In this document: piece after piece, positions 1-13,169 of the stretch | Position numbering within the stretch: the first letter of the stretch is position 1 | Layout: every line of letters begins with the position of its first letter | NCBI RefSeq assembly: GCF_001194135.2 | Contig: NC_068982.1 | Location: 186,247,598 to 186,298,539 of the forward strand | Reading direction: 5' to 3' | DNA length: 50,942 nt | Source of the DNA: Octopus bimaculoides | Lineage: Eukaryota | Made by a program: the position numbers and the translations under genes | The notes under the pieces: model-generated | What the model saw: the letters and a program-made list of their open reading frames with translations, nothing else | Databases searched by the model: none | Told to the model about the DNA's origin: nothing

Positions 1-143
1 GACAACTGACGAAGGGGTGTATTCTTTATGTTGCATGTCTCGGTTCTCTGTCTGTTTTTTCTTTCGTTGTTCGAAAAAAAGTTCGTTTTCTATGTTTTCG
101 TTTCTCATTGTGTTTAACGTTTTTTGATGTCCTGTACCCATAT
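1..143 (+). mobile_element. Second, window-truncated copy of the 10722-11100 family
   Basis: Begins GACAACTGACGAAGGGGTGTA and ends GTCCTGTACCCATA before a microsatellite. Confidence 0.65.
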
Positions 144-229
144 TATGAATGTATATATACATATATATGTAGGTATGTACATATATGTATGTATATATGC
201 ATATATTTACATATTATTTATATTATTAT

Positions 230-265
<36 letters not shown>

Positions 266-3200
266 ACAGGCTTCCACACAGTTTCCTGTGTATCACATCC
301 ACTCACAAAGCGTAGGTTGGCCCAGTGCCATAGTCAAAGACACCAAGGCACCATTCAGTGGGATTGAACTCAGACCAACTATACAACCATGCCTGTGTCC
401 TACACTAATTTTTCATTGAGTTTTAGTCAAGAACAGAACAAAGGAAATGGTGAAATTGAAACCAGTTACAACCGATCTTTACTAACAGAGCAAAAGATTC
501 CACTGGTTATTATTATTATTATTATTAGGGGCAAATGTGGATGTGTGGTAAGAAGTTTATTTTCCAACCACATGGTTCTGGGTTCAGTCCCACTGCGTGC
601 CACCTTGGGCAAGTGTTTTCTATTATAGCTTTGGGCTGACCAAAGCTTTGTGAGAAGATTTGGTGGACGAAAGCGAAAGTAGCCTGTTGTATGCATGTGT
701 GTCTGTGTCCTACAACCACTTGAGAATCAGTGTTGGTGTGTTTATATCTCTATGATTTAGCAGTTCAGCAAAATAGACTGATAGAATAAGGAAGGGGGTG
801 CTCCAGCATGACTGCAGTTTAATGATTGAAGACAAAAGAGTGACAAAAGAAAGACATTATGTCTACATGACTCTCACATACACATGTAATGATACTTTCT
901 GGTAAACTTTGCAGAAGACAAAGAGGAAATTTATTACAAGCCATATTTATTTTAACGACAGAAGAATAACAAAAATTTCTTTTTTAGGATTTGGTTGAGG
1001 ATTATGAGATATTACATGAAAATATCCAGAGGCTTTGTGGCTTTGAAATGGATTAATGATAGATTAATCTCCAATCCAGAATGGCAGGTGAGAAAGAAAT
1101 GTAATTTTGTTACTCAAGTGAACAAACATGGAAACAATAGACAATAAAACAACATAATGTTTGTATATGAATAAATCAACTCTGAAACAGACAAACTTTG
1201 AACCCCTGAATATTGAGATGACTGTAACCTAACATCCTAACTACCAACAAAACATAAACAATAACATAATATTGTCTTAAAGGTAAGTTGGCAGAATCGT
1301 TAGCACGCCAGGTGAAATGCTTAGTGGTATTTTGACTGCCACTGCGTTCTGAGTTCAAATTCCGCCGCAGTCGACTTTGCCTTTCATCCTTTCGAGGTCG
1401 ATAAATTAAGTACCAGTTACGTACTGGAGTCGATATAATCGACTTAATCTGTTTGTTTGTCCTTGTGTGTAGCCCCTTGTGGGCAGTAAAGAAATAGGTA
1501 TTTTGACTGCCGTTACATTCTGAGTTCAGATCAAATTCTGCTGAGGTCGACTTTACTTTTCATCCTTTCGGGGTCGATTAAATAAGTACCAGTTACGCAC
1601 TGGGGTCCATGTAATTGACTTAATCCCTTTGTCTATCCTTGTTTGTCCCCTCTATGTTTAGCCCCCTTGTGGACAATAAAGAAATAAATAACATAATATT
1701 GTTTTAAAGAGAAAGCATAAGAGGAGAGACAACAGCAACGGAAGGCCAGGCAGCAGCCATCTACAACTGATTCCCACATTTAAAGGTGGCCAATGAAATG
1801 TGAAGATTGGCCTTGTTAGCCACATTTGCTACCACTAGTGGTCCAAATACTCTCCCAGAGAAATCAGTCCTCAGATTTGAGGGACAAGCTGACAACTATG
1901 ATATGCAATGTGTCCATTTTTAGGGGGTGTTTTAAGGTAGCAGGGTGTCATTCAGGAGTTATTTACTGCTATTTCTAGTAGGTCAAGTGACCAACTAAAA
2001 GTAGAACAGAGACTCTCTTGTTGGCTTCTGGCATTGCTAGGGAAACGGTGGGAAACCACAAAGCTTGAGCTAGTCTTTCTAGCTTACCCAAAAACCCAGT
2101 TATCACAAAACTTCAATTCCTAACTTCCATTGCCTTACTGGCACTTGTGCCAGTGGCATGTGAACAAAATATTGCACTGACTCCTGTGCAGGTGGCACGT
2201 AAAATACACCATTTGAGTGTGGCCGTTGCCAGTATCACCGGACTGGCCCTCGTGCCGTGGCACGTAAAAGCACCCGTTACACTCTCAGAGTGGTTCGTGT
2301 TAGGAAGGGCATCCTTCCTAACATCCAAATCAAATTGGAGTCTGGTGTAGTCATCCGCTTCGCCAGTCCCCAGTCAAATCGTCCAACCCATGCCAGCATG
2401 GAATGCAGACGTTAAATAATGATGATGATGAGGATGACTACCCCCTGCTGTCAGGGGGCTGAATGACTTGCTGATTCAAACCAAGTGGTTTCTATCAGCT
2501 GCGTCTTTTAAACATCTGCCAGCATTACAAGAACATTTTGTTGATGGGTCGTTAGCTAATTCAGACCACTGACCTCAATCAACCCTTCTTTTAACCCTTT
2601 AGCATTCAGATTACTCCGTCAAATGCAATACTTATTTATTCACATCATCATCATCATCGTTTAACATCCGCTTTCCATGCTGGCATGGGTTGGCCGATTC
2701 AACTGGAGTCTGGGAAGCCAGGAGGCTGCACCAGGCTCCAATCTGATCTGGCAGAGTTTCTACAGCTGGATGCCCTTCTTAACACCAACCACTCCGAGAG
2801 TGTAGTGGGTGCTTTTACATGCCACGGGCACAGGGGCCAGAGGGGGCTGGCATCGACCATGTTTGGATGGAGCTTTTACATACCACTGGCACGGGAGCCA
2901 GTCAAGGTGGTGCTGGCATCACCCACATTCGGATGGCGCTTTTTACATGCCACCGGCATAGGAGCCAGTCAGGAATCATGCATTATCACACACTCTTAAA
3001 ACTTCAAAGAATGACATTCAAGGGTTCTGGTAAGAGACCAGATCTGTCAGGTAGAATATTTAGGCCAGACATGACTAGTTTAAATGCTAAAGGGTTAAAC
3101 TTCCACAAGCATTAGCCAGACACTATGCTCTGACAAAAAGAATTGAAGTTCAAAATTGCAGCTTCACTGCAATCAAAGCCTGCAATCTCTCCAGGTTGTA

Positions 3201-4680
3201 CAACCACAATCATTCTGCAAAATTTAATCAGAAATTCGGTTGTTGCTTGTTGCGTTTACTATGGCAGTGGCTGTTATTATATTGTCATTAACAGAAATTA
3301 CATGCAATTAGGTAATTAACCTAGTGGGACATTTGCCAAATAGATCAACTGTTACAGTTTCTCCATTCCTGTCTTTGCTCTGTTATATGTTTTTTTTGCG
3401 ATCTTTTAATTTTCATCACGAGATTCTTTATAATCTAGATTTTTCCATGTCAGAACAAGAAGAGAACAAATGCAAAATGAACTCATATACTTATATTTGT
3501 TTTGCAGGGTCTTTTGTTGTTGTTGTTTTTTTCACCAGTCCTCAATCAAATCGTCCAACCCATGCTAGCATGGAAAGCGGACGTTAAACGATGATGATGA
3601 TTTTACTAAATTCTTTGTTATTTTCAAAGTTAGTTGAAACAAAGGAAGTTTATTTCAATGGAGATATGGTACCAAAAGGGTTTGTTTCGTAGTTAAGTGT
3701 TCAAAAAATATTAAATAGAAGTTAAAACAGACAGAAAAATAAGAATTCATTGAAAGAGACCCTGTTTTTTTATTGTTTCTTTTTGAGGTTTATTTTTGAT
3801 AAATCATAATTAATTGATTTAAATTTATAAGGAAAACTATTAAATAATATAATACCAGAAATTAGATTTAAATACAGAAGATGAAAAAAATATATATATA
3901 TAAAGAATAAATAAATAAATAAATAAGAAAACAAAAAAAAATCAATAACACAAAATGATATTTAAGACAAAGTTATGACAATACAACATTAAATTACTGT
4001 GTGANNNNNNNNNNNNNNNNNNNNNNNNNNNNNNNNNNNNNNNNNNNNNNNNNNNNNNNNNNNNNNNNNNNNNNNNNNNNNNNNNNNNNNNNNNNNNNNN
4101 NNNNNNNNNNNNNNNNNNNNNNNNNNNNNNNNNNNNNNNNNNNNNNNNNNNNNNNNNNNNNNNNNNNNNNNNNNNNNNNNNNNNNNNNNNNNNNNNNNNN
4201 NNNNNNNNNNNNNNNNNNNNNNNNNNNNNNNNNNNNNNNNNNNNNNNNNNNNNNNNNNNNNNNNNNNNNNNNNNNNNNNNNNNNNNNNNNNNNNNNNNNN
4301 NNNNNNNNNNNNNNNNNNNNNNNNNNNNNNNNNNNNNNNNNNNNNNNNNNNNNNNNNNNNNNNNNNNNNNNNNNNNNNNNNNNNNNNNNNTATATATATG
4401 TTTTAGATATTAAGCCAAAACAATGTAATTTATATGCATTGTTTTGGCTAAAAAAATATTCTAAACATTTATATCAAATGATGCTTCATGAAAAATGTAT
4501 GTGTGTGTGTGTGTGTGTATTCTGTAAATTTTGTAGTTTTCTTTTGTTATTTATGTAATGTTTGCTGACAAATAACTTGGACAGTGGAAAAAATTCCCTC
4601 AAAAACCAACCCCTTTATTCTCATTGTAACATAAAACATGAGAGAATATAACAGTTCTGGAGCTCCCAGTCTCACATAAA

Positions 4681-4697
4681 CAACAATAATAACAATG

Positions 4698-4742
<45 letters not shown>
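4681..4742. repeat. (AAT)n microsatellite
   Basis: Read directly. Many other (TA)n, (CA)n, (GA)n and (GAT)n tracts occur, e.g. 32070-32117, 33465-33482, 43495-43592. Confidence 0.95.
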
Positions 4743-4744
<2 letters not shown>

Positions 4745-6269
4745 GTATCGAGGTTAGTTAACCTCCATGTTGTATCAGCAGAGAAGAGGCAGTGGTGGTG
4801 GTGGTGGTGGGGCAGGCACACGGGAGTCTTGTCCAAATTTGGAAAGAGGATTCGGGATTGGGAGAAATTTAAGCAAGCATTTCAATAACCAAACATGGAC
4901 TTGTGTAGGAAAAACATGAATTTTTTATTTTGTTGTGTGTTGGGAGGGCTATTATGCCAATAATAAACACATGTACTGGTTCTATTTCACTTCCTTTATT
5001 ATTATTCATGGTATCGATCAGACTATCAGATATTGTTATACACCACTGGATCAAGTTAATCCGATTAATTATAATTATCACAAAGTGATTATTATAATCA
5101 TAATATTCATGAAATTATTATTATCATCATTATGTTGATATGTTACAATGTTTATAAGAAATCAAACAAGCAGAAAAATGTTCTGCTATTGCTGTTGTTG
5201 TTCTTGTGGTCACACTCTTTTGTATATTTGACACAATGTCACAGTCATATGTCTCTCCACAATTTTGAAAGAACATGCCCACCACTTCCAAAGGACGTGA
5301 TCGAAATGGTTCATATTGGAGAAACATGGTCATTATACGAACGGAACAAAGCATTTTTATGTGGGTGAAATGAAAAGCTTTTGTAAGCTTTGTAACACTG
5401 CTTCGTTAATTAACATTTCTTTGCACCAATTTGTCCGAGATAGCCTGAGGTCCTAGAATACAGAATTGACCCCTTTAATGTGATTATTTGTCTTTCATCT
5501 TTTACTTGTTTCAATCATTGGACTGATCATTCTTGAGGAATTTTGGTCGAATACATTGACCTCAGTACTTTAAAATTGTTTAAGCCTGATACTAATTTAT
5601 CAGCTCTTTTGTTGATAGGGATGTAAACATAACAAAACCAGTTACAAAGTGGTTGCAGGGTCAAACACAGACACCAACACACACACACACACATATATAC
5701 ATATACACAATAGGCTTCTTTCAGTTTCCATCTACCAAATCCACTCACAAGTCTTTGGTCAGCCTAAGGCTATAGAAGACACTTGCCAAAGGTACCATGC
5801 AATGGGACAGAACCTGGAATTATGTGGTTGGGAAGCAAATTTCTTACCACACAGCCACTCCTGCGCCTAATTAATTTTTTGGTGGGGAAGATACAAATTT
5901 TCCCAAGATTCTAGAATACAAAACTGATCATTTTAAAGCGTTTTGCTTAAAACTTGACTGTTATGCAAGAATATTTTTTATTAAGTTATGTTCCAAACAC
6001 CAACTTACTAATGGTTTCAAATTTAGTCAGAAGGCCAAAAGTTTCGAGGGGAGGGTGTTAGTTGATATCATCAACCCTGGTACTCGACTAATTCTTCATT
6101 CTATCAACCCTGGAGGGATGAAAGACAAATTTGACTTCAGCAGGATTTAAACTCAAAACATATACGGCTGGAATAAATACTGCAATGGTCTTTGTTATTC
6201 TTGACAATCCTACCAGCTAGCCACCAATGGAAAGGTGCAGTGGATTATCTCAACCCATATCATCATCAT

Positions 6270-6800
6270 CATCATCAACCACTGCACATTACTGTCTTGA
6301 ACCCTAGGATTCTTAGGGCCAGTTACCTGGTTTCCAAGGTATACAAGTGACTAAGAGCACAATATTGCCCCTGAACAGGATGCCTGTCCCTTACAGTTTT
6401 ATTCATTTTCAGTTGAGTGGACCGAAATGAAGGGTTTTGTTCAAGAACACAAGAACACTGCCTGGTCTGAGAATTAACAATGAAATTATGGTGTATAGTG
6501 CTCAGGTGCACTACAACTCATCAAAGGTGCATATACAGGGCATAGAATCATGTACAAGAGTCAGGACAGTGAACAGTGCATGAGTCATGATAGACATGTG
6601 TGCATATGTATGGAGGTGAAGGGATGTCAGGTGTAGTGTTTGGTGAATTTCAGGAAGCATGGAGGTTTTAAAGGATGCAATGTCTCGGCAGCTAACAACT
6701 GATGCAGGTAGTCTGTTCCATGCTTCAGCAACTCCGAGTGTGAAAAAATGTTTCCGAAAGTCATGGGAGCTGTGCTGTTGGTAGAGATGGACTATATGTA
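6270..6800 (-). mobile_element. CR1-type LINE 3' end
   Basis: The minus strand translates to FRKHFFTLGVAEAWNRLPASVVSC, the CR1 C-terminal motif FF-xxx-V-xxx-WN-x-LP-xx-VV. The 5' end runs into a gap. Confidence 0.75.
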
Positions 6801-7583
6801 NNNNNNNNNNNNNNNNNNNNNNNNNNNNNNNNNNNNNNNNNNNNNNNNNNNNNNNNNNNNNNNNNNNNNNNNNNNNNNNNNNNNNNNNNNNNNNNNNNNN
6901 NNNNNNNNNNNNNNNNNNNNNNNNNNNNNNNNNNNNNNNNNNNNNNNNNNNNNNNNNNNNNNNNNNNNNNNNNNNNNNNNNNNNNNNNNNNNNNNNNNNN
7001 NNNNNNNNNNNNNNNNNNNNNNNNNNNNNNNNNNNNNNNNNNNNNNNNNNNNNNNNNNNNNNNNNNNNNNNNNNNNNNNNNNNNNNNNNNNNNNNNNNNN
7101 NNNNCGAAATTTTGAAATTGAGATTTTTGAAAATTTATTTTCAGAATCGGAATCTCCATAGCCGTAAAAAAAGAAAATAAAACAAGGGGGGAAAGGTTCA
7201 GATTACATATAGTCCATCTGGACCATGCTGTTTTCTGACTTTGTAGACATGCCCACGTGTTAGATATATGGAACTCAAAGAGGTGCTCAAGGTTGTTGCT
7301 GGCACGATGATGAATAATTGAAACCATGATCTTGCAATCATGGGTGCAACATCCTAACTATTAGGCCACATGCTTTCACTACTGAACTGGAACTTTATTT
7401 AATCAATTAAAGGGGCCAAACGCTTCTTGTTGACCTCAGTGAAATTCAAACTTTAAGACGTAAAGAACTGAAATAAATCTTACAAAATTGCAAGGAAATT
7501 TGCTCTGATGCTCAAACAAATCTTCCATCTCCCCACTTTGAACTATCAACTTGAGAATGGAAAAGTCAGTCATTCTCTTAAAC

Positions 7584-7838
7584 CAGGGGTTCTCAACAGG
7601 GGTTCATTATAAGTTTTTGTTAAAATTTGTGTGTAACAAACTGGTTATATTTCAATACAAAAATTATTTGGACAATTTTTTACAAAATCGTCCTAATAAT
7701 ATTTAATCATAAAAATCATAAAAGGAGTATTTAGGCATCAAATGACTACGAGGGTCCCTCAACCACTACCACCACCACCACCTGGGTAAAAAAGGGAATC
7801 AAAGCAGTTCAAAAGCAAAAAATGGTTGAGAACCATTG
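7584..7838. mobile_element. hAT-type MITE
   Basis: Termini CAGGGGTTCTCAAC...GTTGAGAACCATTG, with an 8-bp TSD TCTTAAAC / TCCTAAAC (7 of 8 match). Confidence 0.8.
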
Positions 7839-10074
7839 TCCTAAACCTTCACCAAATTCTTAATTATTTTAGATGTTAATTGACACACATTGTTGAGCAC
7901 CCCAGTACACTCTCTGTGGTGGTTGTCATTGGGAAGGGCATCCAGCCATAGAAACCAAGCCAAAAAAGACAAACAGAGCCTAGTGCAGCTCTCTGGCTTG
8001 CCTGTTCCTCTCAAACCGGTCCACCCATGCCAGCATGGAAAACAGATGTTTGATGATGATGGTGATGATGATGGTGTCAGGGTGTTATGTAAGAAATATG
8101 GCCTGGAAAAGTATAAACATTATTGAAAAATATAAAGGTCATTATTATTTACAATGCTGGCTTAGTGGCGTTTCATTCATCTTTATGTCTTGGGTTCAAA
8201 TTCTGGCAAGGTTGACTTTGACTTTCATCCCTTAAGTACCAGTTGTGTACTGCGGTTAATGTAATTGACTCACCCCTGCTTCCCCGAAATTGCTGGCCTT
8301 GTGCCAGAATTTAAAACCATTATTTGCAGTGGTTCTTTGGATTTCTTTCCATTGATCAGGTTCAGAAAATTATCATCACATTTTTAAAAATTTTATTCTA
8401 TTTTGTTTTAATTAATCCTGAAGAGGAACAAGGGACAGGGGACAGAGATATGGAGGGGACAGAGTGGTTATTGCACATCACAAACATTGCAGGTCACCTC
8501 AGACATGTTAGATTAATACAAATGATGATGATGATGATGATGATGTTTTAACAGTGTTGTTAATTAAACTATATTAATTATGCAAGAAATCAAATAAAAA
8601 AAATTTTCAAGTTGAAAACAACAAAAGAAAACATCTAGTAAGAAAAATAATAAAGATACAATGAAAAAAAACATCTTTTAATACTGTTCTCTCTTTCTTG
8701 CAATATAAATATGTATATATACATACACACACATATATCTACATACATATATACATACACACGTGCACATACACACACACACACACATTCATCTTTAACG
8801 TCCGCTTTCCATGCTAGCATGGGTTGGACGATTTGACTGAGGACTGGTGAAACCGGATGGCAACACCAGGCTCCAATCTAATTTGGCAGAGTTTCTACAG
8901 CTGGATGCCCTTCCTAACGCCATATAAACACATACACATATCTATACATGTACATGTGTACATTCACACACATATATCTACATACATATATACATACACA
9001 CGTGCACACACAGACTATATATATATATAAACACATACACATATCTATACATATACCTTCATCTATATGTACATGTGTACATTCACACACACATACCTAC
9101 ATACNNNNNNNNNNNNNNNNNNNNNNNNNNNNNNNNNNNNNNNNNNNNNNNNNNNNNNNNNNNNNNNNNNNNNNNNNNNNNNNNNNNNNNNNNNNNNNNN
9201 NNNNNNNNNNNNNNNNNNNNNNNNNNNNNNNNNNNNNNNNNNNNNNNNNNNNNNNNNNNNNNNNNNNNNNNNNNNNNNNNNNNNNNNNNNNNNNNNNNNN
9301 NNNNNNNNNNNNNNNNNNNNNNNNNNNNNNNNNNNNNNNNNNNNNNNNNNNNNNNNNNNNNNNNNNNNNNNNNNNNNNNNNNNNNNNNNNNNNNNNNNNN
9401 NNNNNNNNNNNNNNNNNNNNNNNNNNNNNNNNNNNNNNNNNNNNNNNNNNNNNNNNNNNNNNNNNNNNNNNNNNNNNNNNNNNNNNNNNNNNNNNNNNNN
9501 NNNNNNNNNNNNNNNNNNNNNNNNNNNNNNNNNNNNNNNNNNNNNNNNNNNNNNNNNNNNNNNNNNNNNNNNNNNNNNNNNNNNNNNNNNNNNNNNNNNN
9601 NNNNNNNNNNNNNNNNNNNNNNNNNNNNNNNNNNNNNNNNNNNNNNNNNNNNNNNNNNNNNNNNNNNNNNNNNNNNNNNNNNNNNNNNNNNNNNNNNNNN
9701 NNNNNNNNNNNNNNNNNNNNNNNNNNNNNNNNNNNNNNNNNNNNNNNNNCCCCCCCCCCCACTTGGGTTCTTTTTTGTTGTTTGTTGATGGATTTGTGTC
9801 TGTGTGTCACTGATAGTCTGGAGTTAGCAGAAACCAGGGGGGGAGGGGCATGAGCAGGACAACTTCCAACTCTCAGAATAATACAAATTCTAACAGAACA
9901 ATGTCAACAACACCCCCCTCTCTCTGCCTCTCTCTCTCTCATCTCTCCATGACACTGATGACCTTTGACATTGTCAAATGTATTGCTTCCACCGTCACCA
10001 CCATCACCATGCTGAAACTGGTACAGTTTAAAATTACTGTAGTCTGTGGCAACAATGAAACAGTTTAAAACTTC

Positions 10075-10127
10075 CTAAACTTTTTCAACTGAAGAGGCAC
10101 TGTGAAGTGGCACCAATGAACCCGGTT
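10075..10127 (-). CDS. CARF: CaRF last coding exon, QPGSLVPLHSASSVEKV*
   Basis: Long pyrimidine tract ttttttctcttttctattttcag|. Phase 1 matches exon 11. TAG at 10077-10075. An extra exon hidden in gap 11470-11713 cannot be excluded. Confidence 0.7.
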
Positions 10128-10357
10128 CTGAAAATAGAAAAGAGAAAAAATAACAACAAACATACATTATATAAATGACATGAAAAAACACAATGGCATT
10201 TGAGGGAAAGAGAGAGAAAGGGTGAGAGGTGGAGTAGAAGAACAATGATGTAGATAAAGTGTATTATGGGAGTATATGAAAATTAGTGCTCACATGAATT
10301 GCTGAAAATAGTTGCCAAGTCTCCCTCAAATCAATATCTATCTATTATATATGGAGG

Positions 10358-10558
10358 GGGGAGGCCGGTTTATGGAATTATCCTGGGTTTCCTGTCCATA
10401 AAGGGTTTAACTTTATGGCGTATTGTCAGACTCCCAAAACTGTTGGCCCATTTTGCAGAGGTCGTCCACCAATAGGTTTTGGGGTCTGATGATATGCCAT
10501 AAAATGAAACCCTTTATGGATGGGAAACCCAGGATAATCCCATAAATCGGCCTTCCCC
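10358..10558. mobile_element. Palindromic MITE with about 83-bp imperfect TIRs
   Basis: The left arm GGGGAGGCCGGTTTATGGAATTATCCTGGGTTTCC... is the reverse complement of the right arm. No clear TSD. Confidence 0.75.
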
Positions 10559-10721
10559 AGTAAAAAATATAAACTGCTCCACATCTTAGAGCGTGCTTCT
10601 TCTCTGGATTTATGTTTTCTACGAACAACATATATATATACATATATATGTATATATATGTGTGCATATATACATACATGTATGTACATACTTACATATA
10701 TATGTATATATACATGCATAT

Positions 10722-11100
10722 ATGGGTACAGGACGTGAAAAATATGTGAATAAAATGAGAAACAAGAACATAAAAAACAAAAACATGGAAAACGAACTTT
10801 TTCCGAACAACAAAAGAAAGAAATAGAGAAATGAGACAGGCAACATAAAAACCATTCTCTTCATCAGTTGTCCCCTGTTTTACGTACTCCGCGTTTCGAA
10901 TGTAGGGACAAGACGTGACTTTGTTAAAACAGTTGTTCCCGGGAAGCAAATTAAAAAAAAACTTAGAATTTGTGGAGGGTTAAAGTGGTGACAAAAACAG
11001 GACAGTAAGAACAAAATAGTAAAAACAAACGGTGAGGGCTGTTAAGCCATAACGAGGTGAAGTGGTGGACGCTGGAGAAACGAGCTTTGAGAAGAGACAG
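10722..11100 (-). mobile_element. Dispersed repeat with hammerhead core motifs (possible Penelope-like terminal repeat or retrozyme)
   Basis: The minus strand of 10722-10872 aligns by eye with the plus strand of 1-143 (GACAACTGA(C/T)GAAG...GTCCTGTACCCATA). The left boundary abuts a TA/TG microsatellite. The right boundary is approximate. Confidence 0.65.
10853..10916 (-). ncRNA. Candidate non-circularly permuted hammerhead ribozyme
   Basis: Reads ACGUC^UUGUCCCU-ACAUUC-GAAACG-CGGAGUACGUAAAACA-GGGGACAA-CUGAUGA-AGA-GAAUG. Core motifs and stems I, II and III are all present but in a non-standard order. Confidence 0.45.
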
Positions 11101-12736
11101 GCAAAATATATATATTTTGTTTTTGTATTTGGTTTGCAAGATTCTTTATGTGAATTCGTGTATTGAAGCATATTTTATTGTGTCTGGGAAGTCATTCTCT
11201 TTTAGTGCCTTATTACTTAACACACCAGTTCGATTTCCACTCATTGACTTATTTATTTTTTCTAGAATTTTCGCTGCATCTTGCAACCTTTTCAATAGTC
11301 GTTGACTCTGTCCATTATCAGAGCTGCATTCTTTTTGTTTGTTTGTTTGTGAGCATGTGTATACACATACATATGTATGTATAGCAACAATACCAAGCAG
11401 TGATTAGGAATAAATGAACTTGTGACATATTTCAACTCCTAAAAGCAAATTTTCTGCAGTCACCATGCTNNNNNNNNNNNNNNNNNNNNNNNNNNNNNNN
11501 NNNNNNNNNNNNNNNNNNNNNNNNNNNNNNNNNNNNNNNNNNNNNNNNNNNNNNNNNNNNNNNNNNNNNNNNNNNNNNNNNNNNNNNNNNNNNNNNNNNN
11601 NNNNNNNNNNNNNNNNNNNNNNNNNNNNNNNNNNNNNNNNNNNNNNNNNNNNNNNNNNNNNNNNNNNNNNNNNNNNNNNNNNNNNNNNNNNNNNNNNNNN
11701 NNNNNNNNNNNNNACTGGATATGGCAGATGGAAACTGAAAGAAGCCCATCGTATATATATGTTTGTATATATATATATATATATATATTTATGTATTTGT
11801 GTGGGTGTGTTTGCATTTGTCTACCCACCATTGCTTGACAACTGATGTTGGTGTGTTTACGTCCCCGTAACTTAGTGGTTAAATGATATATATATATATA
11901 TATATATCATTTAACGTCCGTTTTCCATGCTGGCATGGGTTGGACAGTTTACTGGGATCTGGGAAGCCAGGAGGCTGCACCAAGCTCTGATCTGGCAATG
12001 TTTCTACAGCTGGATGCCCTTCCTAATGCCAACCACTCCGATAGTCTAGTAGGTGTTTTGTTTACATGCCAACAACACAGGGGTCAGAGGGAGGCTGGCA
12101 TCAACCACAATCGGATGATGCTTTGAAAGAAAACGGACATAAGGAAAGCTTCTAACAATGCAGAAATTTTTACAGAAACCTTTATATTTTGGGCACAAAG
12201 GCCAATCTTTAGAAAGAAGCTGTCCGAGAAACGTGTAGTTACATCGATTTTGCTATCTTATTTTAAACTGTGCTTGGAATTTGGGCTAGCAGCAGCAACA
12301 ACTCTACAATGCTCCTATATGTATGTGTGTGTATACAGATTGATACATAAATGTATGTATGTATATATCTATTCATATATCCTACATTGAATGTACAGTA
12401 TTTGAAAGTCACTTTCTGTTCCCTCCTGCCAGCTGATATGCTGACACTGAGGGTGACCAACTGAAAGACTTGGACACTAAGGACTTCTTTCACACATGCA
12501 CACACAAGGATGTAAGGGTACACATGTCTGTGGAGTGCTCAGCCACTTGCAAGCCAATCTGGCAAGCAGGCTGTTCTGTTGATTGAATCAACTGGAACCA
12601 CGTGGTTGTGAAATAAACTTCTTGACCACATAGTTATGCTTGTGTCTAACATATTTATAATAATTATTTTCCTTCTTCACAAATTGCAAATTTTTCATGG
12701 ATAATAATAATAATAAAACAGACAAAATGTACTTAC

Positions 12737-13169
12737 GTCGATTAACCGCAACTGTAATTAACTGCCTTGAGTTTGGTTCCGTACCATCAGGATTAACTAT
12801 TTGAGCTGTTAATCCAGGTGGCAGCAGCTGTACATTGTCCGTTTGTACAATGGCCGTGCCATCTGCTTGGATTATATGAGCTTCATGAATCGTCATTGGT
12901 GACGATCCAGTTTCAACCAACTGAGTACCATCAACTAAATGTGTTGCCTCAATAATTTGGTGCGTGCCATCAGCAGTTTGTATATATTGGGAGCTGTCTG
13001 CTGGCACAACTTGTAAAGTTGTTACAGATTCTGACGACAGAGCTGTAGCAGGAATCTCTGAATGAAGTTCTTCACATTGCTGATCATGGGAAATGTTCGT
13101 CTCATCGTCAATGGCAGAAGTGACAGTTAATGCTTCATTATTCATCACATCAGATGGAATTGATGGTAA
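12737..13169 (-). CDS. CARF: CaRF coding exon 11, LPSIPSDVMN...ITVAVNR
   Basis: Longest exon-like ORF (inside 12588..13193). Acceptor atcttccag|, donor C|GTAAGT. 433 nt, phase 0 to 1. Acidic, T/Q/V-rich low-complexity tail. Confidence 0.85.
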
